The notes below the pieces were generated by a model. The model was not told where the DNA came from. It ran no database searches and saw only the letters and a program-made list of their open reading frames with translations. From positions 1 through 53,346 of the forward strand of contig CALFSR010000135.1 in the NCBI GenBank assembly GCA_937916565.1: 53,346 bases of DNA. Reading direction: 5' to 3'. Below, piece by piece: positions 40,138 to 48,850 of this stretch. The DNA is from an uncultured Bacillota bacterium (GTDB taxonomy: Bacteria > Bacillota > Limnochordia > Limnochordales > ZCTH02-B6). Each line of letters starts with the position of its first letter. Within the stretch, counting starts at the first letter, position 1. The position numbers and the translations under genes are program-made.

Positions 40138-41694
40138 TCAGCGGGATGATCCTTCCCTGGCGATGTACACCGGATTGGACAACGCCCGCACGCGCTCAAG
40201 CGGCTCGCCGGGACCGGCCTGGCCAAACCGCCGGTATACCTCCACCCGCACGTACCCGCTGGGCTCTACGAGCTCCCAGCGGTCGACAAAAACGTCCCCG
40301 TCGATGTCCGCCTCCCGCAGCACGCCGCCGCTGCCGATCCAGCGCACCCGGTCGCCCCTGGCGCCGACGATAAGCGCTTCCGCCGCCGGCGTCTCGCCCC
40401 TGCGCCACGGGAAGCAGCCGCCCATGTCAACGCCGCCCACCCGCACGTGCACCATGGGTCCGGCCGGGGCTTCGCTGACGAAAGCCGCACCCCGCCGCAG
40501 CGCATCCAGTGCGCCGGCCACCGTCAGCTCCCGCATGTCCAGCCATGTGGTGGGATGTCCGATGTTGAAACCTTCGGTCCACGCCGAACCCGCGGGACCG
40601 GCGTAATCAGCCGGATGGTGCCAGTCGCTGCCGCCCACCAAGGTCAGCCGCCGGCCCTGGCGCAGCAAGGAGTCGTACAAGTCCAGCGCCTCCCGGTTGT
40701 GCGTCGGCCACAGCATCTGCCATGCCTCAAAGCAGTCGAATCCTTCGGCAATTGGGTACGTCCAAGGCGGCCCGCCCCGTTTGGGGTGGTTTACGGAGAT
40801 GAGGCCGCCCCGCTCGTGCGCCTCTTGGACGAGGCGGTCGATGTCCTCATCGCTCAGGATGCGAAAGTCCACCCAGCCTTGGATCCCCCACACGTTGGCG
40901 TGGCCCCGGTCGGTGGTGATCTCCTCTCCAGGGATGACAAGGAAACCGGACCGCTCCAGCGCCTTGAGGAACGGGTGGTGGCTCGCCGTGTTGTGGTCGG
41001 TGATGGCCAAAAACTGAAGGCCCCGGGCCCGCGCCGCCTCCGCCAGCGCTTCCGGCGATCCCTTGGCGTCGCTGTGGAAGGTGTGGCTGTGCAGGTCGCC
41101 CCGCCGCCACGCCCGGCCGGTGCGCTGCCGGAACTCCTCCGGGGCGGATTCTGCCGCGTCCGGCGGGCCCGGTTCGTCGCCCGGAAGCAAACCCCGCAAC
41201 CCTTCACCGCCGGTCGCACCCTGACCTTGGGCCATCCGGAACGGGCTTGTCGCGCCGCCCGGGGCACCGACGCCGCCCGAGGCGCCAACGACGGGCTCGT
41301 CGAGTACGACTTCCACCCGGTAGCGGCAGCCGTCGGCCGGAATCCGGTGCAGGCCAAGGATGACCTGCCAGGTGCCCGGCTGGATGATTCCCGGCACGTA
41401 ACCGGGGGTCGCGGAGTCCGCCGTGATGACGAACTCGCGCCGCGCCGAGCCGCTCCAGCCCCGGAAGCCTTTCCTCGCGGGGAACGGCCCGATGTCCGGG
41501 TCGAGCATGCCGATGTCGATCACGCCCCGCTCGTCGTACTCGTACCGCACGGTGATGGTTTCCGTGCCTTCGGGGACGACGAAGGGCAGGTACATGTAAG
41601 GTGACGCCGCCCGGTCCTCGGGCGTGGCCACGCCCTCCATCACCAGCCGCTTCTCACCGGCGGGAAATCGGGCCGGCTCCCGCAAGGGGTTCAT
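40138..41694 (-). CDS. PHP-domain (CehA/McbA-like) metal-dependent phosphoesterase with an N-terminal domain of about 130 aa and a Gly/Ala/Pro linker
   Basis: GDLHSHTFHSD, LAITDHNT, HANVWG, ISVNHP and GGSDWHHP resemble PHP metal-ligand motifs. The start codon overlaps the upstream ATPase stop (ATGA at 41691-41694). Confidence 0.7.
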   Translation of the reverse strand: MNPLREPARFPAGEKRLVMEGVATPEDRAASPYMYLPFVVPEGTETITVRYEYDERGVIDIGMLDPDIGPFPARKGFRGWSGSARREFVITADSATPGYVPGIIQPGTWQVILGLHRIPADGCRYRVEVVLDEPVVGASGGVGAPGGATSPFRMAQGQGATGGEGLRGLLPGDEPGPPDAAESAPEEFRQRTGRAWRRGDLHSHTFHSDAKGSPEALAEAARARGLQFLAITDHNTASHHPFLKALERSGFLVIPGEEITTDRGHANVWGIQGWVDFRILSDEDIDRLVQEAHERGGLISVNHPKRGGPPWTYPIAEGFDCFEAWQMLWPTHNREALDLYDSLLRQGRRLTLVGGSDWHHPADYAGPAGSAWTEGFNIGHPTTWLDMRELTVAGALDALRRGAAFVSEAPAGPMVHVRVGGVDMGGCFPWRRGETPAAEALIVGARGDRVRWIGSGGVLREADIDGDVFVDRWELVEPSGYVRVEVYRRFGQAGPGEPLERVRALSNPVYIAREGSSR

Positions 41695-42818
41695 ACAGCC
41701 ACCGTCTCCTTCTGAGCGCTGTCAAGACCGGAAAACGCCAGTTCGCCCGAGGTGCGGTACAGGTGCACGCGCCGCGGCTGCGGCCGCAGGCCGACCCTAG
41801 CCGGCAGCGCCTGCGGCTCGTCCGTGTACTCGACCACGTAGACCAAGTGCTCGCCCACCTGGACCGTGGTTACGACGTGGTCACCGAGGGGCGCCACGGT
41901 GTACACCTCGCCGGTTAGGAGGCCGTCGCCGGTCTCCGGGACCATCTGCAGGTGCTCCGGCCGGATGCCCAGCACCGCTTCGCCACCGCCGGGAAACGCC
42001 CGGGCGATCCCGTCCCACAGGGGCGTCACGTCCACCCACATCCGGCCGACCACAAGGCGCGCCCGTTCGGGCGTAAGCTCGATGCGGCACGGCACCAGGT
42101 TCATGGGCGGGCTGCCGATGAAACCGGCCACGAACAAGTTTTGCGGCCGGCGATAGATCTCGAGGGGCGTACCCACCTGCATGAGCTTCCCCCGGTCCAT
42201 GATGCCGATGCGGTCGGCAAGAGCCATGGCTTCGGATTGGTCGTGGGTGACGAAGACCGTCGTCACGCCGGTCTCCCGCTGCAGGTGCTTGAGGAACGCC
42301 CGCGCTTCAAAGCGGAGCTTGGCGTCCAGGTTCGAGAGGGGTTCGTCAAACAGGAAGCAGTCGGCCCTGTGCACCAGCGCACGCCCGACGGCCGTGCGCT
42401 GCTGCTGCCCGCCGGAAAGCTGCCCGGGCAGCCGCTCCAGCAAGTGCTCCAGCTGCAGGTTTTTGGCCACTTCGCGGATGCGGGGGGCCATCTCGGCCTT
42501 GGGGACTTTGCGCACCTTGAGCGGGTAGCCGATATTCTCAAACACCGTCATGTGCGGGTACAGCGCGTAGTCCTGGAACACCATCGCGACGTTGCGCTCC
42601 TGGGGAGCCAGGTTGGTGATGTCCCGGCCCGCGAGCTCCACGGTGCCTGCGGTCGGGCGCTCAAGGCCGGCGATCATCCGCATCGTCGTCGTCTTGCCGC
42701 AGCCGGACGGGCCGAGGAGTGCAAAAAACTCGCCCTCCCCGATCTCCAGGTTCAAATCGTCTACGGCCGTTACGTTGCCGTAGCGCTTCGTCAGGTTGCG
42801 AAGCCGAATGTGTCCCAT
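41691..42818 (-). CDS. Sugar ABC transporter ATP-binding protein (MsmX/MalK/UgpC type)
   Basis: [24 protein letters not shown] and FLFDEPLSNLD, plus a C-terminal MalK-like regulatory/TOBE region. Confidence 0.92.
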   Translation of the reverse strand: MGHIRLRNLTKRYGNVTAVDDLNLEIGEGEFFALLGPSGCGKTTTMRMIAGLERPTAGTVELAGRDITNLAPQERNVAMVFQDYALYPHMTVFENIGYPLKVRKVPKAEMAPRIREVAKNLQLEHLLERLPGQLSGGQQQRTAVGRALVHRADCFLFDEPLSNLDAKLRFEARAFLKHLQRETGVTTVFVTHDQSEAMALADRIGIMDRGKLMQVGTPLEIYRRPQNLFVAGFIGSPPMNLVPCRIELTPERARLVVGRMWVDVTPLWDGIARAFPGGGEAVLGIRPEHLQMVPETGDGLLTGEVYTVAPLGDHVVTTVQVGEHLVYVVEYTDEPQALPARVGLRPQPRRVHLYRTSGELAFSGLDSAQKETVAV

Positions 42819-42898
42819 GGACTGCCTGCCTCCGTTCCCGGCCCGGGCGCAAACCCGCCGACTTGTGCTGCGGGCTACAAATAGCCTTCCGAAGGGAA

Positions 42899-42912
42899 TC
42901 GAAACGGTTCGA
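42899..42912. promoter_or_regulatory. Second copy of the LacI-type palindrome: TCGAAACGGTTCGA (13/14 identical to 40071-40084)
   Basis: Lies 81-94 nt upstream of the ATPase ATG (42818), in the 260-nt gap after the iolE-like gene. Confidence 0.55.
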
Positions 42913-43078
42913 CGCGCCGGTAAAAAAATCGTCGCCTCATCCTGCTGGGCGCCGGCTTCTTCCGTGCCGCCTTCCCGATCCTTGTGGCAACGGTGACGAT
43001 TTTGGTGAATTCGTCCCGCGCATACATTATCCTGCCACCGTCTGGAAGAAAATGACCGGCGCGTCGAATCCGTTATGC

Positions 43079-43972
43079 TTACACGCCGAAGCGGTCGCGC
43101 AAGTACTCCCGGTTCCGCCGGGCGTCGGTGAGCGTGTCCATCTCAGCTCGCACGACGCGGTCCTGTTCCACCACGATCCAACCCTCGTACCGTGCCCGCC
43201 GGAGCTGCGCCATGATCGCGCCAAGGTCAAGGGAGCCGTCACCGAGGGCCACGAAACAGTCGTGCTTGGCCAGGTCGCCGTAGCTGCGCCCTGCCGCGAG
43301 GCCAGCCCGCAGCCTACCGAGGTCGATATCCTTGAGATGAACGAGCCCGATCCGGGAGGCCCAGCGTTCCGCTACCGCCACCGGGTCACCGCCGCCAAAG
43401 GCGATGTGCCCCGTGTCCAGGCACAGCTTCACCCGGTCGGGGTCCGTCAAGGAAAGCAGCCGCTCGATCTCCGCCCCGTTTTCCACGTACGAACCGCCGT
43501 GGGGGTGCACGCACAGCACAAGGCCAAAGGCCGCGCACTCGTCAGCGGCCCGGTGCAGCCCGGCCGCGAAGGTCCGCCACTCTTCGTCCGACAGCCCCGC
43601 CTTTGCCGTTTCCTCCGGCCTGCCGGCGACGGCTTCCCGCCGCTGGTCGCCTTCGTCGGCCACCATGATCCGGTCTGCGCCGAGCTGGGCCAAGCGCCGG
43701 GCCGTCGCCCGCACGGCCTTGAGCGACTGCTCGACGCCTGCTTGCGTCCGCATGTTCACGGGAACGTAGCCGGCGATCGTGACAAGCCCCCGCCGGTTCA
43801 GTTCGGCACGGATGGCTTCCACGTCGTCCGGGAGAAACCCCGGCGGCCCAAGCTCAGTCCCCTCGTAACCGGCCGCCGCCATCTCGTCCAGCACGCGCCG
43901 GTAGTCCAGCATCGGCCCCCAGTCGGGCGGGCCCGCCACACCCCAGCTCACCGGTGCCGCGCCGATCCTCAC
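43079..43972 (-). CDS. Xylose-isomerase-like TIM-barrel protein, IolE (inosose dehydratase)-like
   Basis: VSWGV near the N-terminus, CVHPHGGSY, DTGHIAFGGGD, VHLKDID, ALGDGSLDL and YEGWIVVEQD. These occur in the same order as the B. subtilis IolE motifs as I recall them. Confidence 0.65.
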   Translation of the reverse strand: MRIGAAPVSWGVAGPPDWGPMLDYRRVLDEMAAAGYEGTELGPPGFLPDDVEAIRAELNRRGLVTIAGYVPVNMRTQAGVEQSLKAVRATARRLAQLGADRIMVADEGDQRREAVAGRPEETAKAGLSDEEWRTFAAGLHRAADECAAFGLVLCVHPHGGSYVENGAEIERLLSLTDPDRVKLCLDTGHIAFGGGDPVAVAERWASRIGLVHLKDIDLGRLRAGLAAGRSYGDLAKHDCFVALGDGSLDLGAIMAQLRRARYEGWIVVEQDRVVRAEMDTLTDARRNREYLRDRFGV

Positions 43973-45018
43973 AGGTCGACACCTGCCTTCGCCTCATGCC
44001 GCGGATCGACGGGCAATCCTGTCTTCATGGACGCTAGCGCCGCTTCCGCGATCTCGAGCGCCCGCAGGCCGTCCGCGAGGCCGACGGCCGGCTCGGTGCC
44101 GTGCCGCACGCAGTCGATGAAGTGCTGCATCTCAAGGCGATACGCGTCCCGGAACCGGTCGATCCAGTCGATCACGTAGTCGCTGGCCTGGCGATCGCGC
44201 TTCAGCAGGACGCACGCGTCCCGATTCACGTACCCGATCTGCAGGACGCCCTCGGTGCCGAGCACCTCGGTCTGGATGTGGTATCCGTAGCCGGAGTAGC
44301 GGGCGTTGTCGTGCACCGCCATGCCGCCCCGGGAAAAGGTCAGCATCGCACTGACCACATCCACGTCATCGGGCGCGCTGAACTGGGGGTACACAAAGAC
44401 GCCGCCTTGGGCGTACACGCGCACGACCTCGTCGCCCATGAGCCAGCGGGCCAGGTCAAAGTCGTGGATGGACGACTCGACGAACATTCCCGTCGCCCGG
44501 TGAACGAACTGCGCCGGCGCGGGCGTGTCGTCCCGGCTGGAGAGCCGGACGAGCACGGGCTCGCCGATGGCTCCTTCCACGATGCGCTTCTTGGCGTGGG
44601 CGTACGATGGGTCAAAGCGCCGCATGAAACCCATCTGGTAGGGCACGCCCTTCTCGGCCACGACCCGTGCGACGCGGCGGGCCGTCTTGGCGTCCACCGC
44701 CGCCGGTTTCTCACAGAAGATGGCTTTGCCCGCTTCCGCGGCGGCGGGAACCATCTCCTCGCGGGTGGGCGACGGCGCCGCGATGACGACGGCGTCAACG
44801 TCGTCCCGTTCAACGAGTTCCCGCCAGTCGGTGTGCACCCCGCTCACCCCGAGCTCGTCGCCCAGCGCCCGCACCCTGGCTTCGTCCGGGTCGGCCAGTG
44901 CCACGAGCCGCGCCCCCCGGACACCGCCGGAAAGATTGCGGGCATGCTCCGCCCCCATGTTCCCTGTGCCGATGACGCCGACGCGAACGGCCTCACCTTT
45001 CCGTTTTGGTTCTGACAA
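43969..45018 (-). CDS. Gfo/Idh/MocA-family NAD(P)-dependent oxidoreductase (inositol 2-dehydrogenase-like)
   Basis: Rossmann N-terminus VRVGVIGTGNMGAEHARNL and EKP motif FCEKPAA. It overlaps the iolE-like gene by 4 nt. TTG start follows GGGAGGGAG. Confidence 0.85.
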   Translation of the reverse strand: MSEPKRKGEAVRVGVIGTGNMGAEHARNLSGGVRGARLVALADPDEARVRALGDELGVSGVHTDWRELVERDDVDAVVIAAPSPTREEMVPAAAEAGKAIFCEKPAAVDAKTARRVARVVAEKGVPYQMGFMRRFDPSYAHAKKRIVEGAIGEPVLVRLSSRDDTPAPAQFVHRATGMFVESSIHDFDLARWLMGDEVVRVYAQGGVFVYPQFSAPDDVDVVSAMLTFSRGGMAVHDNARYSGYGYHIQTEVLGTEGVLQIGYVNRDACVLLKRDRQASDYVIDWIDRFRDAYRLEMQHFIDCVRHGTEPAVGLADGLRALEIAEAALASMKTGLPVDPRHEAKAGVDL

Positions 45019-45070
45019 GAAGCTCCCTCCCAGAAGCGTTCCTCGCCTCCGCGCCCCTTGCTTTTGGGCA

Positions 45071-45084
45071 CGAAAGCGGTTTCA
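45071..45084. promoter_or_regulatory. cre-like / LacI-family operator-like site CGAAAGCGGTTTCA
   Basis: The minus strand reads TGAAACCGCTTTCG, which matches TGWAANCGNTNNCA at 13/14 positions. It lies 53-66 nt upstream of the oxidoreductase start. Confidence 0.4.
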
Positions 45085-45293
45085 AAGAAAGTACACGGCC
45101 AAGGACCCAACCTCCTGTCCGCCTTCGACCGCCTCGATCCCACACATTCCGGCTTCGTCCGCCCAGAAGCTGGCATGCCTAGCCAAATGTTGGCAGCATG
45201 GGAGGTTTCTAGAAATTATCACCGAATAGCTATTGTCAAGCACGTGCCGACTTGTAGGACGTGCGCATCACTTTATCATCTTAGGAGGAGCGG

Positions 45294-46100
45294 ATGGACT
45301 TGTCGGTGGGGAAGTACGGCTTCATTCGCAGTGCAACCATTCTCGTCGTCATTGCGGCGCTAGCCGTCGCGTTCACGGGCCTCGCCTCCGCCCAGTCGAC
45401 CCTGGAGCGCATCCGGTTGACGGGCGTCATGCGGGTCGGCCTTGAGGGCACCTATCCGCCCTTCAACTTCGTCGACGAAAACAACCGGATGGCCGGTTTC
45501 GACGTGGACATCTCCAACGAAATCGCCCGGCGGCTCGGCGTGCGGGCGGAATTCATCGGCACCCAGTGGTCGTCCCTCATCGCGGGCCTGCAGACCGACC
45601 GCTGGGACGTCATCATCGCCCAGATGAGCATCACCGAGGAGCGTTCCCAGAGCGTCGACTTCACCAACCCGTACGTGATCACCGGCGCGGTGCTCGTCTC
45701 CCGGGCCAATGACAACCGTTTCTCCCAGCTGAGCGACATCGCCGGCTACCGGGTCGGCGTCGGCATCGGCACGACGTTCGAAGAGGTCGCCCGCTCGGTG
45801 CCGGGTGCGGACGTGCGGACCTACGACAGCTTCCAGGAGTACACGCAGGAGCTTATGACCGGCCGCCTGGACGTCATCATCAACGACCAGCTGACGATGG
45901 CCTACGCCATTAAGGACCGGGGCCTGCCGCTCAAGATCACTTCCGGCGTCGTCAACGAGGACCGCATCGGCATCGCCGTCAAGAAGGGCAACGAGGACTT
46001 TGTGGCCCTCCTCAACCAGATCCTGGCGGACATGATCGCCGACGGGACGTACCGGCAAATTTTCCAGAAGTGGTTCGACGCTGAACCCGTGCTGCAGTAG
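45294..46100 (+). CDS. Polar amino-acid ABC transporter substrate-binding protein (family 3)
   Basis: Signal peptide, then GVMRVGLEGTYPPFNFVDENNRMAGFDVDISNEIARRLG and DVIIAQMSITEER. ATG follows AGGAGGAG. Confidence 0.9.
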   Translation: MDLSVGKYGFIRSATILVVIAALAVAFTGLASAQSTLERIRLTGVMRVGLEGTYPPFNFVDENNRMAGFDVDISNEIARRLGVRAEFIGTQWSSLIAGLQTDRWDVIIAQMSITEERSQSVDFTNPYVITGAVLVSRANDNRFSQLSDIAGYRVGVGIGTTFEEVARSVPGADVRTYDSFQEYTQELMTGRLDVIINDQLTMAYAIKDRGLPLKITSGVVNEDRIGIAVKKGNEDFVALLNQILADMIADGTYRQIFQKWFDAEPVLQ

Positions 46101-46114
46101 GCTGGCGACGCGGC

Positions 46115-46759
46115 ATGGAGTTAGCGCTGCAATCGTTGCCCGCGCTGGCCCGGGCGTCGCTCGTGACGGTGGGGCTGGCTGCCGCTTCCATGGCAGCCGG
46201 CCTCGCCATCGGGCTGGTGACGGCCCTTATCCGAATCGCGAACATTCCGGTGCTGTCGCACCTGATGCGGGCCTATGTGTCCATCATCCGCGGCACGCCG
46301 CTTCTGGTCCAGATTTACCTCGTGTACTACGGGCCGCCGCAGTTTGGCTGGAGCTTAGAACCTGTTCCTTCCGGCATTCTCGCGCTCAGCCTCAACGTCG
46401 GTGCGTACTTGTCGGAATCATTCCGGGGCGCGATCGAATCGGTTCCCAAAGGCCAAATGGAAGCGGCGTACACCCTGGGCATGACGTACTGGACCGCCAT
46501 GCGCCGCATCATCGTGCCGCAGTCGTTCCGGACGGCGCTGCCGACCATCGGCAACAGCTACATCGGCTTGCTGAAGGACACGTCATTGGTTTCCGTCATC
46601 ACGGTCACCGAGCTCCTGCGGCAGTCCAACGTTATCATCGCCCGCACGTGGCAACCGCTGACGATCTACTTGACCGCGGCGGCGCTTTACTGGGTCATGT
46701 CCACCATGTTCTCCTACGTGCAACAACGGGTGGAGAGGCGAGTGTCGCGCCATGTCTGA
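46115..46759 (+). CDS. Polar amino-acid ABC transporter permease (HisM/GlnP type)
   Basis: [17 protein letters not shown] and EAA-loop [24 protein letters not shown]. Confidence 0.9.
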   Translation: MELALQSLPALARASLVTVGLAAASMAAGLAIGLVTALIRIANIPVLSHLMRAYVSIIRGTPLLVQIYLVYYGPPQFGWSLEPVPSGILALSLNVGAYLSESFRGAIESVPKGQMEAAYTLGMTYWTAMRRIIVPQSFRTALPTIGNSYIGLLKDTSLVSVITVTELLRQSNVIIARTWQPLTIYLTAAALYWVMSTMFSYVQQRVERRVSRHV

Positions 46760-47519
46760 GCCGGTCGTCCAAGTCACCAGCTTGCGGAAACGCTTTGGTT
46801 CCCATGAAGTGCTCAAGGGCGTCGACCTCACCGTCCACCAGGGCGAAGTGGTCGTCATCATGGGGCCGAGCGGTTCGGGCAAGTCGACGCTGCTTCGGTG
46901 TATGACGTTTCTCGAAGTGCCCGACGAGGGCACGGTGACCATCGACGGCCGCACCGTCACCGCGGGCCCCCTGACCAAGGAACGCATGGAAAAGGTCCGG
47001 GACATCCGCCGCCACACGGGCTTCGTCTTCCAGAGCTTTAACCTGTTTCCGCACATGACCGCGCTGGAAAACGTCATGGAAGGCCCCGTCACCGTGCTGC
47101 GGGTGCCCAAGGCCGAGGCTCGCCGGCGGGCGGAGGAGCTCTTGAGCAAGGTCGGCTTGACCGATCACATGCACAAGCACCCGTCCCGCCTCTCCGGCGG
47201 GCAGCAGCAACGGGTGGCCATCGCCCGGGCGCTGGCCATGTCGCCCAGCGTCATCTTGTTCGACGAGCCCACGTCGGCCCTTGACCCCGAGCTCGTCGGC
47301 GAAGTGCTGCAGGTCATGCGCGCCCTGGCCCGGGAAGGCATGACGATGGTCATCGTTACCCACGAGATGGCTTTTGCCCGGGACGTGGCCGACCGCGTCA
47401 TCATGATGGACGATGGCGCGATTATTGAAACCGGGTCGGCGGAGCAGATCTTCACCGAACCCCGGGAAGAACGCACCCGGCGTTTCCTGAGCCGCATGTG
47501 GCGCGACGGTGCGCCCTGA
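46752..47519 (+). CDS. Polar amino-acid ABC transporter ATP-binding protein (GlnQ/HisP type)
   Basis: [24 protein letters not shown] and [12 protein letters not shown]. Confidence 0.93.
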   Translation: MSEPVVQVTSLRKRFGSHEVLKGVDLTVHQGEVVVIMGPSGSGKSTLLRCMTFLEVPDEGTVTIDGRTVTAGPLTKERMEKVRDIRRHTGFVFQSFNLFPHMTALENVMEGPVTVLRVPKAEARRRAEELLSKVGLTDHMHKHPSRLSGGQQQRVAIARALAMSPSVILFDEPTSALDPELVGEVLQVMRALAREGMTMVIVTHEMAFARDVADRVIMMDDGAIIETGSAEQIFTEPREERTRRFLSRMWRDGAP

Positions 47520-47592
47520 GCGCCCGCCGGCGGCTATGTCGCGGCGAAAAGGTCAAGAAGGATAACCCTCACAATCCGGAGGTTGAATCGCT

Positions 47593-48750
47593 TTGCGAGT
47601 TGCAGTACTGGGCACAGGTCTGGTCGGCGGCATGGTCACCCGCGAACTGGCGGCGTCGCCGGTCATATCGGAAGTGGTGGCGGTCGACGGTTTTCCTCAG
47701 GCGGTGGAGCGGGCGCTTGCGGGGCTGCCTGAGGACCGGGCAAAAGGACGCGTCGTCGACCTTGGGAAACCGGGTGTGCTGGAGGAACTGCTGCGGGAGT
47801 TTGACGCCGCCGTCGCCGCCCTGCCCCACTCCCTGAGCATGGCGGCCAATGAGGCCGCGGTGGCGGCGGGCTGCCATCTCATTGACCTCGTCGGCTCCAA
47901 GTACGAGGAAAAACTGCGCCTGCACGAGCCCGCCCAGGCGGCCGGCGTGCTATTGGTGACCGGCTGCGGAGTTGCGCCCGGCATCGTCAACGTGCTGGCG
48001 GCACGGGGCATTGAGCTTTTGGACGAAGCCGACGAGGCCATCATCTACTGCGGCGGCCTGCCCCGTTACCCGCAGCCTCCCTTGCACTACCAGATCGTCT
48101 TCCGCTTTGAGAGCGTCATGGGATTGTACACCCGTCCGGCCAGCGCCGTCGTGGACGGCGAGATCGTCAAGCTGCCGCCCATGGCCGGCCTGGAAACCGT
48201 GGAGTTTCCCGAGCCGGTGGGCGTCTGCGAAGCCGCGTACTCGGACGCCCACAGCACGGCGTACACCCTGCGCCACAAGGTCCGCCGCCTGGCGGAGAAG
48301 ACGGTGCGCTATCCGGGCCACTTCCAGAAGATGGGCGTTCTCGCCGAGCTCGGCTTCCTGAGCGAAGAGCCGGTGGAGGTGGACGGGCAGACGGTAATCC
48401 CCCGCCGCGTGGCCATGGCGGTGCTCGAGCCGCAACTGAGCGGGAAGTCCAACGAAGACGTCACGGTGGCGCGGGTCGTCGTGCGGGGCACCAAGGACGG
48501 CCGCCCCGTGGAGCACGAATGGACGATGGTGGACCTCTACGATGCGGTACGGGGCTATACGTCCATGGCCAAGTCCACCGGGTTCCCCGCCGTCATCGTC
48601 ACCGAGTGGCTGGCCCAGGGGCGGTTGGAGGAGCGGGGCTTCCTGGCGCCGGAGCAGCTCTTGGTGGGCAGCCGGTTTGACCCGTTCGTCGCCCAGCTGC
48701 GGGAACGGGGCGTCGTCATCGACTACGTTTGCCGCGAGGGCCGTGCGTGA
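47593..48750 (+). CDS. Saccharopine dehydrogenase-family NAD(P)-binding oxidoreductase, paralog 1
   Basis: N-terminal Rossmann motif RVAVLGTGLVGGMV and TGCGVAPGIVNVLAARG. The length and layout are typical of the Sacchrp_dh family. TTG start sits 10 nt after GGAGG. Confidence 0.75.
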   Translation: MRVAVLGTGLVGGMVTRELAASPVISEVVAVDGFPQAVERALAGLPEDRAKGRVVDLGKPGVLEELLREFDAAVAALPHSLSMAANEAAVAAGCHLIDLVGSKYEEKLRLHEPAQAAGVLLVTGCGVAPGIVNVLAARGIELLDEADEAIIYCGGLPRYPQPPLHYQIVFRFESVMGLYTRPASAVVDGEIVKLPPMAGLETVEFPEPVGVCEAAYSDAHSTAYTLRHKVRRLAEKTVRYPGHFQKMGVLAELGFLSEEPVEVDGQTVIPRRVAMAVLEPQLSGKSNEDVTVARVVVRGTKDGRPVEHEWTMVDLYDAVRGYTSMAKSTGFPAVIVTEWLAQGRLEERGFLAPEQLLVGSRFDPFVAQLRERGVVIDYVCREGRA

Positions 48751-48770
48751 GCGGCAACACTCTGCGGCGC

Positions 48771-48809
48771 GTTCACCCCGGCCACGCCTGACCCGTGGCC
48801 GGGGTGAAC
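48771..48809 (+). other. Strong hairpin between the two saccharopine-dehydrogenase-family paralogs
   Basis: Perfect 16-bp arms GTTCACCCCGGCCACG and CGTGGCCGGGGTGAAC with a 7-nt loop. No U-tract follows. Confidence 0.7.
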
Positions 48810-48850
48810 GGAGAATCGCCGGGCTCAAGACTACCGGGAGGCGGTCGCCT

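Noticed and set aside
45233-45280. SigmaA promoter calls for the amino-acid transporter (TTGTCA-N16-TAGGAC, or TTGTAG-N16-TATCAT)
   Set aside because: The first has a poor -10 element. The second would put the transcription start inside the Shine-Dalgarno sequence. Neither was convincing enough to list as a feature.
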